Shown here in pieces: positions 62,133 to 62,407 of a stretch of 62,407 nt of DNA. A program made the position numbers and the translations under genes. The notes beneath the pieces are model-generated. The model worked only from the letters and a program-made list of their open reading frames with translations, was not told the origin of the DNA and made no database searches. Source of the stretch: Candidatus Daviesbacteria bacterium (GTDB lineage Bacteria; Patescibacteriota; Microgenomatia; Daviesbacterales; UBA10151); the NCBI GenBank assembly GCA_003519445.1, contig DOWS01000046.1, positions 1 to 62,407 of the forward strand, read 5' to 3'. Position 1 is the first letter of the stretch. Each line of letters begins with the position of its first letter.

Positions 62133-62407
62133 TTACCCATTGAGCATTTGATTCTTAAATCTTTTTAATGCTTCATCTATGTTAGTGATATGGAATCCAA
62201 GAGACTCTATTTTTTCTGTACTTAACCAGGTATTTTTGGGTCTTGGCGCAACCCTTTTTCTTGATAAATTTAAAAATGAAATTGGTTTTATTAAAGATGT
62301 GTCCAGATTCATTGTATTGGCAATTTTCTGGGCAAATCGCAAAGGAGTTATATGCTCATTGGGGGAATAATTACCTGCTACATGGAACTGGTTTCAAAAC
62401 TATAGTT
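62133..62407 (-). CDS. dTDP-4-dehydrorhamnose reductase (RmlD)-like, C-terminal part; 5' end lies outside the window
   Basis: The minus-strand frame stays open to the window edge (...FHVAGNYSPNEHITPLRFAQKIA...). The tail RVAPRPKNTWLSTEKIESLGF resembles RmlD 'R.A.RP.ns.L...K'. Confidence 0.65.

Noticed and set aside
1-62407. CRISPR arrays, tRNA/rRNA/tmRNA genes, and recoded genetic code (UGA sense, as in some CPR/SR1/Gracilibacteria)
   Set aside because: No spaced direct-repeat array and no tRNA-like or rRNA-like sequence was seen in the few non-coding gaps. TGA clearly terminates many well-defined genes (ATGA/GTGA junctions), so standard code 11 fits.

Overview
This is an AT-rich, very gene-dense bacterial segment that uses the standard genetic code. 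TGA, TAA and TAG all act as stops, and many genes are joined by ATGA/GTGA/TAATG start-stop overlaps. I saw no rRNA, tRNA or CRISPR array. The gene content suggests a Patescibacteria/CPR (Microgenomates-like) genome: a DUF5667-like secreted protein, a massive GT39/ArnT-like expansion, and GC-rich 'VIPANAGI / RGDD'-type palindromes. That placement is inference only.

The window has three parts.

(1) 1-6.4 kb is an accessory, mobile or defence-type island. It holds an antirepressor-like fragment and a tightly coupled operon of a MazG-like gene, a PD-(D/E)xK-DUF2075 ATPase and RadC/JAB. It also holds an orphan methyltransferase tail and an XRE + ImmA/IrrE regulatory pair with a near-consensus promoter and operator. 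A RhuM fragment and a Bro-N/DinD-like gene complete it.

(2) 6.6-9.4 kb encodes one large secreted LCAT/PGAP1-type lipase with Ig-like and OmpL47-type domains.

(3) 9.45 kb to the window end (about 53 kb) is an extraordinarily large envelope-glycan locus. It contains about 17 polytopic GT-C-type membrane proteins from several families, many of them recent paralogues. It also has 4 DPM1/ArnC-like GT2 polyprenol-phosphate-sugar synthases, 3 soluble GT2, 3 GT4 and 2 MOP/Wzx flippases. A nucleotide-sugar block adds a 6-dehydrogenase, two SDR epimerase/dehydratases, a TylCIII-type C-methyltransferase, RmlD-like reductases and a ThrB-like GHMP kinase.

The most interesting signals are these:
- the scale and modular paralogy of the GT-C system, with no recognisable initiating phosphoglycosyltransferase, Wzy or Wzz;
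- a domain-shuffled A/B/C protein family;
- the MazG-DUF2075-RadC candidate defence operon;
- G8/C8/G7 homopolymer tracts inside glycan genes, as possible phase-variation switches;
- a MITE-like palindromic insert.

All family calls rest on motifs read by eye. No searches or computations were run, and coordinates were hand-counted.
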